Position numbers and translations under genes: made by a program. Shown piece after piece: positions 39,313 through 48,600 of a stretch of DNA of 64,000 nucleotides. Source of the stretch: an uncultured bacterium (GTDB lineage: Bacteria > Fidelibacterota > UBA2242); assembly GCA_964588795.1 (NCBI GenBank), contig CAZPQN010000002.1:48477-112476 (forward strand), written 5' to 3'. Position 1 is the stretch's first letter; every line of letters begins with the position of its first letter. The notes under the pieces were generated by a model. The model was not told where the DNA came from. It made no database searches and worked only from the letters and a program-made list of their open reading frames with translations.

Positions 39313-39557
39313 TTCAGTTTAACAACCACAGTGCAACATTAATTATACAGGGTTCCCGACGAGTACGGGGGGTTATAATCCGCATCGCCGGCTCTCCTGC
39401 AGCGTCGCTATCGCGGCGGGCAGACTTTTCCCAAGCGAGAGCGTTAACAACTAATCCGATTAGCAACGCCGGATTTGTCTTTGGCTCACAAATCGGGAAC
39501 CCTGTCTTTTTTATCATTTCTGCTTTTATAATCCTGGTGATCGCATGGAAAATGTAG
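39309..39557 (+). CDS. Possible small membrane protein / leader ORF overlapping a structured element
   Basis: ATGA overlap with murC stop, stop overlaps the ftsQ start, C-terminal hydrophobic stretch; no recognisable family. Confidence 0.35.
   Translation: MIQFNNHSATLIIQGSRRVRGVIIRIAGSPAASLSRRADFSQARALTTNPISNAGFVFGSQIGNPVFFIISAFIILVIAWKM
39347..39512 (+). ncRNA. Candidate structured RNA between murC and ftsQ
   Basis: Perfect 13-bp IR ACAGGGTTCCCGA/TCGGGAACCCTGT followed by CTTTTTT, with nested internal helices. Confidence 0.5.
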
Positions 39558-40351
39558 CTGTACACGAAGAAAGTGTCACTGTCGAAAGTCAACAATCCCG
39601 GGTAAAAATGATCCGGAACTTGCTGGCCGGACTGATTTGTATCGGTGTGCTGACGGCAATAGTCCGCGGGGCGATCAATTGGTGTGAATATACCGACTTG
39701 TTTAATCTGCGTACAGTGAAAATCAGTGGCCTTGCAATCCTGAAGGAGAAGGATGTTCGGGCTTTAACGCAGATCAATTTAGGCTCCAATCTGTTGAGAA
39801 TGGATTTACGTGCTATTCAAAACCGGCTTGAAAAAGAACCGTTCATCAAAGCCGCGATTGTCAGCCGCGATTTTCCGCACACTCTCCAGATTTTAATCAA
39901 AGAACGACAGCCGGTGGCCTATTTAAACGTCAAAAGTCTGTTCCTGATTGATGGCGAGGGTGTCGTTCTGCCCCTGCCGGCGGAGAAACTGGCTGATATT
40001 TATCCTGTAATCACAGGTTTCGAAGCAGATTCTGGCCGCGTCCATCCCGGTCGTCCAACCACAAATTCAGACATCCTCACCGCTATTGGGATCATCGAGC
40101 TTGCGGCTTCCCGCCTACCGGCGGTCTATGCCGAAATATCCGAATTGTACCGGTGGCATAACAATGAATTCGTCATCTACACAGTCAACGGCGGGACACC
40201 GATCTATTTAGGTAACCGCGAACACTTTAAACGTCTGTTTATCCTCAATCAATTTCAGACCGTCATTCAGAATAAACGTACCATGGCGGATTACCGGTAC
40301 CTTGACTTGCGGTGGGATAAACAGATCATTGTCAGGGAGCGAAATTCGTAG
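39545..40351 (+). CDS. ftsQ: Cell division protein FtsQ
   Basis: TM, POTRA domain, 'RDFPHTL.I.IKERQP', 'YLDLRW'. Confidence 0.92.
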   Translation: MENVAVHEESVTVESQQSRVKMIRNLLAGLICIGVLTAIVRGAINWCEYTDLFNLRTVKISGLAILKEKDVRALTQINLGSNLLRMDLRAIQNRLEKEPFIKAAIVSRDFPHTLQILIKERQPVAYLNVKSLFLIDGEGVVLPLPAEKLADIYPVITGFEADSGRVHPGRPTTNSDILTAIGIIELAASRLPAVYAEISELYRWHNNEFVIYTVNGGTPIYLGNREHFKRLFILNQFQTVIQNKRTMADYRYLDLRWDKQIIVRERNS

Positions 40352-40356
40352 GAAAG

Positions 40357-41619
40357 ATGCTTAAACTAAAAAATCAGATCATTACAGCTCTGGACATCGG
40401 ATCGTCGAAAATCTGTGCCATCATCGCTGAAGTTGATCAGGAACGCCAGCTACCGCTAATCAAAGGTTTTGGGACCGTTCCTGCCAAAGGAATTAACAAG
40501 GGTTTGGTCATTGATATTGAGCAGGTCACTGATTCAATCATCAAAGCCCTGACCCTCGCCGAAGAGATGGCTGGTTTTCCCGTCGAATCCTGCATCGTCA
40601 GCATATCGGGCGAGCACATTCGGAGTATGAATACCAAAGGCATGGTTGCTATTTCCAGTGATAATCGGACCGGGTTGGGAGAATCGCGCGAGATCGAAGA
40701 AGAAGACATTGCCAGCGTGATTGAACATACCAAAGCCGTGCCTCTGCCGATTGAGCGGCAGATTCTACACGTACTTTCGCAGGAATTCATCGTCGATGAG
40801 CAAAGCGGGGTAAAAAACCCGCTCAATTTGAGTGGTCGACGTTTAGAAGCCAAAGTGCATCTCACGACTTACAGTACTACGGCGGCTTCGAATTTAGCGA
40901 AATGCATCAAGAACGCGGGTCTGGAAGTGGAAGGTTTTGTCTTCAGCGCCTTTGCGGCCTCTTACGCCTGTCTCGAAGAAAGCGAAAAGGATATGGGCAG
41001 CATTCTTTTGGATATTGGAAGCGGCATTGTAGACGTCATCGTATTTTACGAGAGCGGCGTGCATTACACAGGGGTCATCAATTTGGGTGCAGCGAACGTA
41101 ACGCACGACATTTCGATCATGCTGAGGATTCCGCCGGTGCAGGCCGAACAACTCAAACGTGAGTACGGTTTCGCCAAAACCTCGCTGACCGACAAAGAAG
41201 CTTTCTTTAAACTGAATGGAATCGCTGGCCGGCAGAGCCGGGAAGTCGCCGTTTACAATTTGGCGGAATGGATCGAACCTCGGATGGAAGAAATCCTACG
41301 GGAAGCTTTCAACGAAGCCAGCAAGGCGGATATTCCACTGACAAATATTTTATCGGTGACCTTAGTCGGAGGCGGAGCGTTGCTGAAAGGTACCGATGAG
41401 TTGACCGAAATGGTTTTCAACACTCCGACCAAAGTCGGTACGCCGAAAGGCTTTGAAGGGTACGAGACCGAGCTGAGCGATCCCTCCTATGCCGTCGCCA
41501 TCGGGTTATTGAAGTATGCGGTAGCGGAGTTCGGCAGGCGTGGTTTTAGTGGAAAATCAGGTGGCCCGATAAAACGATTCAGCTCATGGATTAAACATTT
41601 AACTGAAAATATAATGTAA
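40357..41619 (+). CDS. ftsA: Cell division protein FtsA
   Basis: [29 protein letters not shown]. Confidence 0.97.
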   Translation: MLKLKNQIITALDIGSSKICAIIAEVDQERQLPLIKGFGTVPAKGINKGLVIDIEQVTDSIIKALTLAEEMAGFPVESCIVSISGEHIRSMNTKGMVAISSDNRTGLGESREIEEEDIASVIEHTKAVPLPIERQILHVLSQEFIVDEQSGVKNPLNLSGRRLEAKVHLTTYSTTAASNLAKCIKNAGLEVEGFVFSAFAASYACLEESEKDMGSILLDIGSGIVDVIVFYESGVHYTGVINLGAANVTHDISIMLRIPPVQAEQLKREYGFAKTSLTDKEAFFKLNGIAGRQSREVAVYNLAEWIEPRMEEILREAFNEASKADIPLTNILSVTLVGGGALLKGTDELTEMVFNTPTKVGTPKGFEGYETELSDPSYAVAIGLLKYAVAEFGRRGFSGKSGGPIKRFSSWIKHLTENIM

Positions 41620-41638
41620 CAATTTCCAGGAGGTAATT

Positions 41639-42844
41639 ATGTATTTCGAATTCGAAGACCTTGAAAATCAAAGCGCGCGTCTGAAAGTCATTGGCGTCGG
41701 TGGAGCGGGCGGTAATGCCGTCACTCGCATGATCGACTATGGACTCCAGGGTGTCGAATTTATTGCTTTGAATACCGACATCCAGGCGCTGGATAAATGC
41801 AAAGCCCAGACCAAATACCAGATCGGGCGCGAACTGACCCGTGGGCTGGGTGCCGGAGCGATGGCTGATATTGGTAAAAAAGCGATTGAAACCGATCGCC
41901 AGGCAGTGCAGGCTTTGATCGGCGGGGCCGATATGGTCTTTATCACTGCCGGTATGGGCGGTGGTACTGGAACTGGTGCGGCACCGGTCGTCTCCGAAAT
42001 CGCTCACGAAATGGGTTGTCTGACCGTCGCGATCGTCACCAAACCGTTTGCCTTTGAAGGTGCCCGACGCATGGCCCGCGCCGAACAAGGTATTCGCGAA
42101 CTCAAGGAAAAAGTCGACACTTTAATAGTCATTCCGAATGAGAAATTGTTAAGCATCGTTGATACAGAGACGATTATTGGTGACGCTTTTAAAACTGCCG
42201 ACAGTGTCTTATATCAGGCCACGCGGGGCATTTCCGATTTGATTAACCGGCATGGAGTAATTAACCTGGACTTCGCCGATGTGCGAACTATCATGAAAGA
42301 CATGGGTGAAGCCCTGATGGGTACCGGTCTGGCTTCCGGCGAGGAGCGGGCCGTCTTAGCCGCGCAACAGGCAATTTCGAGTCCCCTTCTGGAAGATATG
42401 CATATCAAGGGTGCGAAAGGTTTGCTCATCAATGTCACCGGAGGCAAGGATTTACGGCTGAACGAAGTCGACGCCGCCTGTCAGATTATTACCGAAGAGG
42501 CCGGTCAGGACGCGGAAATTATTTTCGGAACCGTGGTCGACGAAAATTTGGGTGACGAGATCATAATTACGGTGATTGCTACGGGTTTCAATCTGGAACG
42601 GGCTCTGAAACCGATTACTCCCACCACAAGCACTTTTTCTTACCCTCCTAAAAAGGAGACGATTAAACCACCGGTCGCGTCAGCGCCGGCACGTGATATA
42701 AACGTTTCAGGCAATCTTTTCGAGCAAGATAGTGCGCAGACACAGGATCCGAATTTTGTGCTTGAAACGGCTCCGGCACCGGTGATCAATAATGACCGGC
42801 GGAATATGATCCCCACCTTTCTGCGTCAGCAGGGAGCAAGTTAA
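41639..42844 (+). CDS. ftsZ: Cell division protein FtsZ
   Basis: [26 protein letters not shown]-terminal IPTFLR. Confidence 0.99.
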   Translation: MYFEFEDLENQSARLKVIGVGGAGGNAVTRMIDYGLQGVEFIALNTDIQALDKCKAQTKYQIGRELTRGLGAGAMADIGKKAIETDRQAVQALIGGADMVFITAGMGGGTGTGAAPVVSEIAHEMGCLTVAIVTKPFAFEGARRMARAEQGIRELKEKVDTLIVIPNEKLLSIVDTETIIGDAFKTADSVLYQATRGISDLINRHGVINLDFADVRTIMKDMGEALMGTGLASGEERAVLAAQQAISSPLLEDMHIKGAKGLLINVTGGKDLRLNEVDAACQIITEEAGQDAEIIFGTVVDENLGDEIIITVIATGFNLERALKPITPTTSTFSYPPKKETIKPPVASAPARDINVSGNLFEQDSAQTQDPNFVLETAPAPVINNDRRNMIPTFLRQQGAS

Positions 42845-42876
42845 ACCGGCACTCCTTTTCCCACGTTCTATAAAAC

Positions 42877-42903
42877 AAAAGCCCCGGCCAAACCGGGGTT
42901 TTT
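42877..42903. terminator. Bidirectional intrinsic terminator between ftsZ and rpmB
   Basis: AAAAGCCCCGG-CCAAA-CCGGGGTTTTT. Confidence 0.85.
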
Positions 42904-42928
42904 GCCTTTAAATGTTTACTTCAGCAGT

Positions 42929-43117
42929 TCAGACTTTCTTGAGATTGCTGCTCTTCAGACAGGATAAGCAAACCTTGACTGTCTTGAGCGACCCATGGTC
43001 ATCAATACGGACTTTGCGCAGATTCGGTTCCCATCTCCGACGGGTACGATTATTGGCATGGCTAACATTATTTCCGTATTGAGGTTTTTTACCGCATATT
43101 TCACATACTTTTGACAT
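42929..43117 (-). CDS. rpmB: 50S ribosomal protein L28 (Zn-binding form)
   Basis: [10 protein letters not shown]...[18 protein letters not shown]...CLSC; SD AAGGAG favours ATG 43117. Confidence 0.97.
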   Translation of the reverse strand: MSKVCEICGKKPQYGNNVSHANNRTRRRWEPNLRKVRIDDHGSLKTVKVCLSCLKSSNLKKV

Positions 43118-43232
43118 CTGCATACTCCTTTAAAAAGCGCCGCAAATTTGCCGAAAAATTACGGGATAGGCAAATATTTTCTTAAGCGGATTAACATTAA
43201 TCAGCGGATTTCTGGTTTGACTGTCTTTGATT

Positions 43233-45533
43233 TTAGTTAATCGTAACCCAGATGGGACTGCTCCAGGCCATTTCACCATCCTCCTGGACAACCCGTAAAT
43301 AATAGTAATACGATCCTTTTCCAGCGTCCTGATCAACGAACAATCGGTTGACGCCCCGACCTTCATCGGTATCTTTGCCGAGGATAAGAACCGGCTCGCA
43401 GTCGCGCAGGAGATAGACATACGCCAGTTTGCCTGTTCCAATGACTTTAATCGAGATACTCGGAGCCGTATTGATGGATATACTTTCTCCCATCCAGTGC
43501 TCATTGATCCTGAAATCAATCAATATACGTTTACCAGAAGTGGCATACACCCGACGGGCTTTGAAAGCTTCAATAATTGCCGGCAAGGAATTCTCCCGGG
43601 CAATTACCGCCGTCAAGCCGCAGACCCACTCCGATTCCTTCACTCCCACCCCGTGATGCCAGAGCAAACCGTGACCATCCGATCCGCCAATCAATCCGAA
43701 CTGTTTCCCTTGTTTGAAGCCATCCTGGATAAAATAGCCCGGCAACCCGCCACGGTGGCGGATGGGTTCATTGCCCATGTATTCATTAGCACCGTGGGCG
43801 GAAACGATTTCGAAAACGGGTTGGATCTCGGGTTGGTAATTTTCCCAGTCGGTACCGCTCCATCCGATATGATGAGGAATAGCGATACCGCCCGAGCGAG
43901 TCAACGCCGCATACAAATCGGGAGCCTTTTTAGCATCGGTTCGCAGCCCAAAAATGGGTTTATCCCAAACTGCATGATAAACATTTTTATGCCCAGAGCC
44001 GGCTGGAACTCTGGCACTGGTCCATTCATAGCCCGGAATTACAGTGCGTCCGGTTTTAGCGGAGATCGCCCGGCCCATGATTTTAATCCATTCCCATTCA
44101 GAGGGCGTCAATCGGTTGCTGGTAAACCATTCATGGTCGGTCAGCGCCGCAAAGTCATACCCCAGAACTTTAAAAGAGCGTGTATAACAGGCGTCAATCG
44201 TGCCGGCCCCATCCGACAGAAGAGAGTGCTGATGCGGATCCCCAAAGAAAATCTGGTAGCCATCCGGAAGTTGCAGAACGGATTTACCCACCTCTTCTTT
44301 GGTCGTGTTTCTTATACCCTGGTTCGTATAATTTGACTGAACTGGCGGGAAGTCTGCCATTTCCACCCGCTCCGGCTCGAAACGGTTGAGGTAGATGTAC
44401 TTCAAATCGCGCCGAACTGAATAAATGGCCCCATCCTGCCCGAGAAGCGCTCTGATTTGGTCTCCCCTTCCACCCCAACCCCCGATATCGAAACGGTACA
44501 ACGAACTTTTCTGATTGCCTTGCAGGCACTGGACATTGAAACTCTGTGAAGCCCGGCTAAATATCCACAACCGATCCTGGCGGTCAAAAATAGGTGTGGG
44601 CAGTTCTAAACCCTGATCCTCCCCGGTTTTCCGACGATCGCCGATGGTCTCCGAATAGGTCGGTTTTCCCCAATCAGTTTTCAACAATGCACAATAAACC
44701 AACCAGGGATTATAGGCAATCTGACCAGTGGACAGAAGGTCAGTTTGCCAGACAGCCGTGAGATTATCGCGGGAATCAACCTGCATCATGGGCGCCTGAT
44801 TAAAACCCCAGTTCGGACTAAGTATTTGTTCTGCCATCCATTTATTCTGTAAAACCTGCCGGGCAATGATCTGATAACCTGCATTCACCTGGCGATCCCA
44901 CACTACCCACAAAGCTCCGTTACGCTGGCAGATAATCTGTGGGCGTAGGTCCAGCCCCTCGGCATTGCTGATATTCTGAATTTTCTGCCAATTGGTTGAG
45001 TTAACTGCATAAATATCAAAATCGGCCTCCGTTTGTCTTTCCCAGGCTACCCAGATTTCATCATTTTTCCCACAGCAAAGCACGGGATTCAGATCAACCT
45101 CTGAATCATGTGTCAGTTCAATCTCCTCGGATAATTTTCCACTCTGCAGACTGCGCAACTTTATATCCCAAATATTCCCCTGACGCGACGACCAGCAGAT
45201 CCAGAGCCGGTTTTGGCGGTCGCAGACGATGCGGGGTTTAAAATTACCCTCGCGAGGCTGACTGATGATGATCGAATCAGTAACGGTCATATTTTCGATT
45301 TTTTTCAGGACGACTTGTTCGACTGAGTCTTTTATTTCCGAATAGACAATCCAAAGCACACCACCACGAGTTTGGCAAATATCGGGATACTCGGCAAAGT
45401 AATGCTGAGTGACCGGCACATCTTGTGAGTTCAGGTCGCTAATACTACGAACCGGGGTTGGTGGCGTTCCGGCTGATAAAACAACCGATAAACCCATAAT
45501 CAAGATACTTTTCCAGAAACAATTGTCAGTCAT
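43233..45533 (-). CDS. Secreted PHP-fold metallohydrolase (CehA/McbA / DUF3604-like) with N-terminal beta-repeat region
   Basis: Signal peptide; GDPHQHS..SDG, LTDHE, GYEWT, PHH, GGSDGH, RRVYAT, AWSSPIW. Confidence 0.8.
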   Translation of the reverse strand: MTDNCFWKSILIMGLSVVLSAGTPPTPVRSISDLNSQDVPVTQHYFAEYPDICQTRGGVLWIVYSEIKDSVEQVVLKKIENMTVTDSIIISQPREGNFKPRIVCDRQNRLWICWSSRQGNIWDIKLRSLQSGKLSEEIELTHDSEVDLNPVLCCGKNDEIWVAWERQTEADFDIYAVNSTNWQKIQNISNAEGLDLRPQIICQRNGALWVVWDRQVNAGYQIIARQVLQNKWMAEQILSPNWGFNQAPMMQVDSRDNLTAVWQTDLLSTGQIAYNPWLVYCALLKTDWGKPTYSETIGDRRKTGEDQGLELPTPIFDRQDRLWIFSRASQSFNVQCLQGNQKSSLYRFDIGGWGGRGDQIRALLGQDGAIYSVRRDLKYIYLNRFEPERVEMADFPPVQSNYTNQGIRNTTKEEVGKSVLQLPDGYQIFFGDPHQHSLLSDGAGTIDACYTRSFKVLGYDFAALTDHEWFTSNRLTPSEWEWIKIMGRAISAKTGRTVIPGYEWTSARVPAGSGHKNVYHAVWDKPIFGLRTDAKKAPDLYAALTRSGGIAIPHHIGWSGTDWENYQPEIQPVFEIVSAHGANEYMGNEPIRHRGGLPGYFIQDGFKQGKQFGLIGGSDGHGLLWHHGVGVKESEWVCGLTAVIARENSLPAIIEAFKARRVYATSGKRILIDFRINEHWMGESISINTAPSISIKVIGTGKLAYVYLLRDCEPVLILGKDTDEGRGVNRLFVDQDAGKGSYYYYLRVVQEDGEMAWSSPIWVTIN

Positions 45534-45583
45534 GATAATCCTCGCTTATTTGTATACTAATCTACACCACAGTAACTAAAAAG

Positions 45584-45619
45584 AAAAAGGCTGTCACGCC
45601 AATCGTGACAGCCTTTTTT
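45584..45619. terminator. Intrinsic terminator after the 1767-aa gene
   Basis: AAAAAGGCTGTCACG-CCAAT-CGTGACAGCCTTTTTT. Confidence 0.9.
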
Positions 45620-45641
45620 GGATTATGGGTTTATCTTTTGA

Positions 45642-48600
45642 CTACTTCAGAATCGTCATCTTCTTGAGCGCGGTGAAGTTATTCGCCTGCACTTTATAGA
45701 AGTAGATACCGCTGGCAAGGTTGGCGGAACTGAAGTTAAACACATGGTTACCAGCCGGCAGATGCCCGCGATGGATAGTCGCAACCTCCTGCCCGATCAT
45801 GTTGTAAACCACCAATTTGACATCTGCGGGTTCCGGAAGAGCCAGCAGAATGTTAGTGGTCGGGTTGAACGGGTTGGGATAGTTCTGATGCAAAGCGTAC
45901 CTCGTCGGCAGGACGTCGGTTTGGCTCTTGATACTGACTTCCGGACCTTGGATATAGAAAGCCGAAATCCACAGGTCGATATCAATGCCCCAGGAATAGC
46001 TGGGATTGAGTACTGTACCAAAGTCGTTATAGCCGCCATCCGCGAAACGCTCCCAAACGCGGTTCTGGCCATCACCTTCTCCGTTCTTATCCGACAACAT
46101 TGCGAACTGATCATTAGCAGTCGCCGGCCATTCGAAACCAACGAAGAAATGCGGAGGAACAGGAATCGGCGACGGGAGACGGAAAACATTATGAATTCCG
46201 AGAAGTGCTGTATCAATTTGTGAAGTAGGCACTTTGATCGAGAATAACAGTTCACCCGGGACACCCTGGGCGCCGATACCCTTGACCACCAAGTCAAGCG
46301 TATCCGGCTCGTCAACAATATTCATGACCCCAAACTGCAGCATGAATCCGTACAGGAAATTGAAATTATTCGCATTCAGGTCGAAACGCTGATACTTGCC
46401 GAGATCGCCATAGGCGTTACTACCGCAAATGTAACCCGCACCGTACGGATTGTTGAGCACATTGGGTGTGGTACCATAGAACTTGACTTTCACATTTGGT
46501 GGCAGTAAGTCCTTGGCATTGGTGAAAGCCGCCAGGCCGTTATTGGTACCCATGATAAACGCCACCCAGGTATGCTCATCAATGGGCATGACGTCAACTG
46601 ATCCCGTCCCATTGAGATTGGCGACGTTACCGATGGAATGGCTGAATCTGACCAATTTAGCCTTGGCAGGTCCTTCCGTTACATCGATGACGTGGAACTT
46701 TTCCATGCCGGCATCGGTCGCGAAGTTATAGTAATAGACCAACAAGCATTTCTTGACACCATCATCGAAATACTTGATCTTGGACGAGCTTGTTCCGACG
46801 ATTTCTGTCGATACGGTGTCCAGCGTTGTGCCATCAATGCCCAGATGCATGAGTGGTTTCCCGGCGGATTTGATCCACAGTGAACCGTCGGCATCCGGAG
46901 CGACATTCGGTAAGGAGCCCATGGTTCTGGACAACGTAATTTCAGTCGGGGTAAAAGTTGCGCCATGGTCAGCCGTGGAGAACTTCACGATCTTATCGGA
47001 GCTCGGCGCCGCTGCATAAATCGTCAGACTATTGTCTGCCGCCGAGCCATAGACGCTGAACATGTCGCCGAAGCGCTTGTTGAGTCCGGTATAGGAAATA
47101 ACCGGCACCGGCGTCGCATTCTCATTCAGATATTGATAAACTGTGAAGGCCGTTGTACTGGCATCAAGGGTCATGTTGCACACATAAATACGGCCATCAT
47201 CCGAAACATCCACGGCATTGACTGGGAAAGTGCCCACCGGATTGGGCGGAGCCGGGATTTCTTTCAGACTATCACCCGTCATGGCGTCATAGACCACGAT
47301 GCGATGAGCGCCACTGCGGGTCACGACGTACACCCGATCATTACCTTCAACTTTTCCGTATGCCATGCCCCGTGTGTAATTGCCAGTAGACATATAGGCT
47401 GGGAAGTTCATGGTAGCCTGGGTTTTTGCCCAGAATGGAACGAGTGGTTCGGGTTTAAAGGGTTCCGGATACAGATAGAACAGGTCTTTGGCTATGCCTT
47501 GAATCTGGTACCCATCGTTCGGCGGCACCTTGGCGGTGTACTGGTTACCGACGGCAATCACACCGAAAATACCCCTTGGCCAATCGGCCCAGTCATCGAC
47601 ATCCGAATCCTTATCAATCCGGAATGTTACGGTATCGATACCATCGGTGACTTGCAAATTGGCATTATTGGCAGGTGCCGGCCAGGTCGTGGGTTGCACA
47701 AACCAGATGCTGTCAACCTGCACGAGGATGCTTTCAGTCTCCTCACCGATGTCCGCCAGCTTGACTTTACGCGGAGGTACCAAATTGCCGTGTGACAGGA
47801 CTTTAACATGGCTCAATGAATCGGGAATGATTTCGGTCAAACCCCTGTAGAATGTCAAGATACCATGCAGTTCGATCTCGTCACCGATCGTGATCGGGCC
47901 TTTGAATTTGCTGGAATAGATATTGAGGCCACCCGTTGTATCCTGGATAAAGACATTCCAGAAGGCGGGGTTCAGACTTTCGAAATCGGTCGTGGTGATG
48001 ACACCCCGTACCGCTACCCGCTTATTTTCCAGATCCGGACGGAAATTGCCATCGCCGTCAGCTTTAGCTTCGGCAATGGTCAGGAGTGGAATGTGGATCG
48101 GCGGAGTCAGATTCCAGGCCGCGATGCCGTTATTGGTAATCAATTCGAAGACGGTGATTGTCCCGTCCACATTTTTCCTAAATGCCAGATCGCCGCAGGC
48201 GTTTGTGTTGGCGTTATAGCCACTGGTCAGATTGACCGTATCAACCAGCACCGGAGTGGTCTCGGATTCACTGATGTTCCAGACCTGAACCTGGTTGCCG
48301 CGGAAGGCATTATTCTTGCCGACGATAGCGATCATTTTCTTGGTGAAAGGATAATTCAGGTAACCAACGTTGTGCCAGCCACCGTCAATCAAGCCACCAT
48401 CAACTGCGGCGATTAAGGCACCGTTCGCATCAATGTGCGAAGTCGCCGTGCCAGCGCCATTGACCCAGAAACTGCCATCTTCTGCGGGTGCGATGCCACC
48501 GCGAGCTAAGCCAGTAGCCACCGGAATGGGGGTTCCAGCGGTGAACGCGACCCCATCCACCGTATTGAATACACTGATCTGTGTCGAGTTCGATCCGCTG

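Noticed and set aside
43497-44336. 279-aa plus-strand ORF
   Set aside because: Antisense shadow of the PHP metallohydrolase, no motifs
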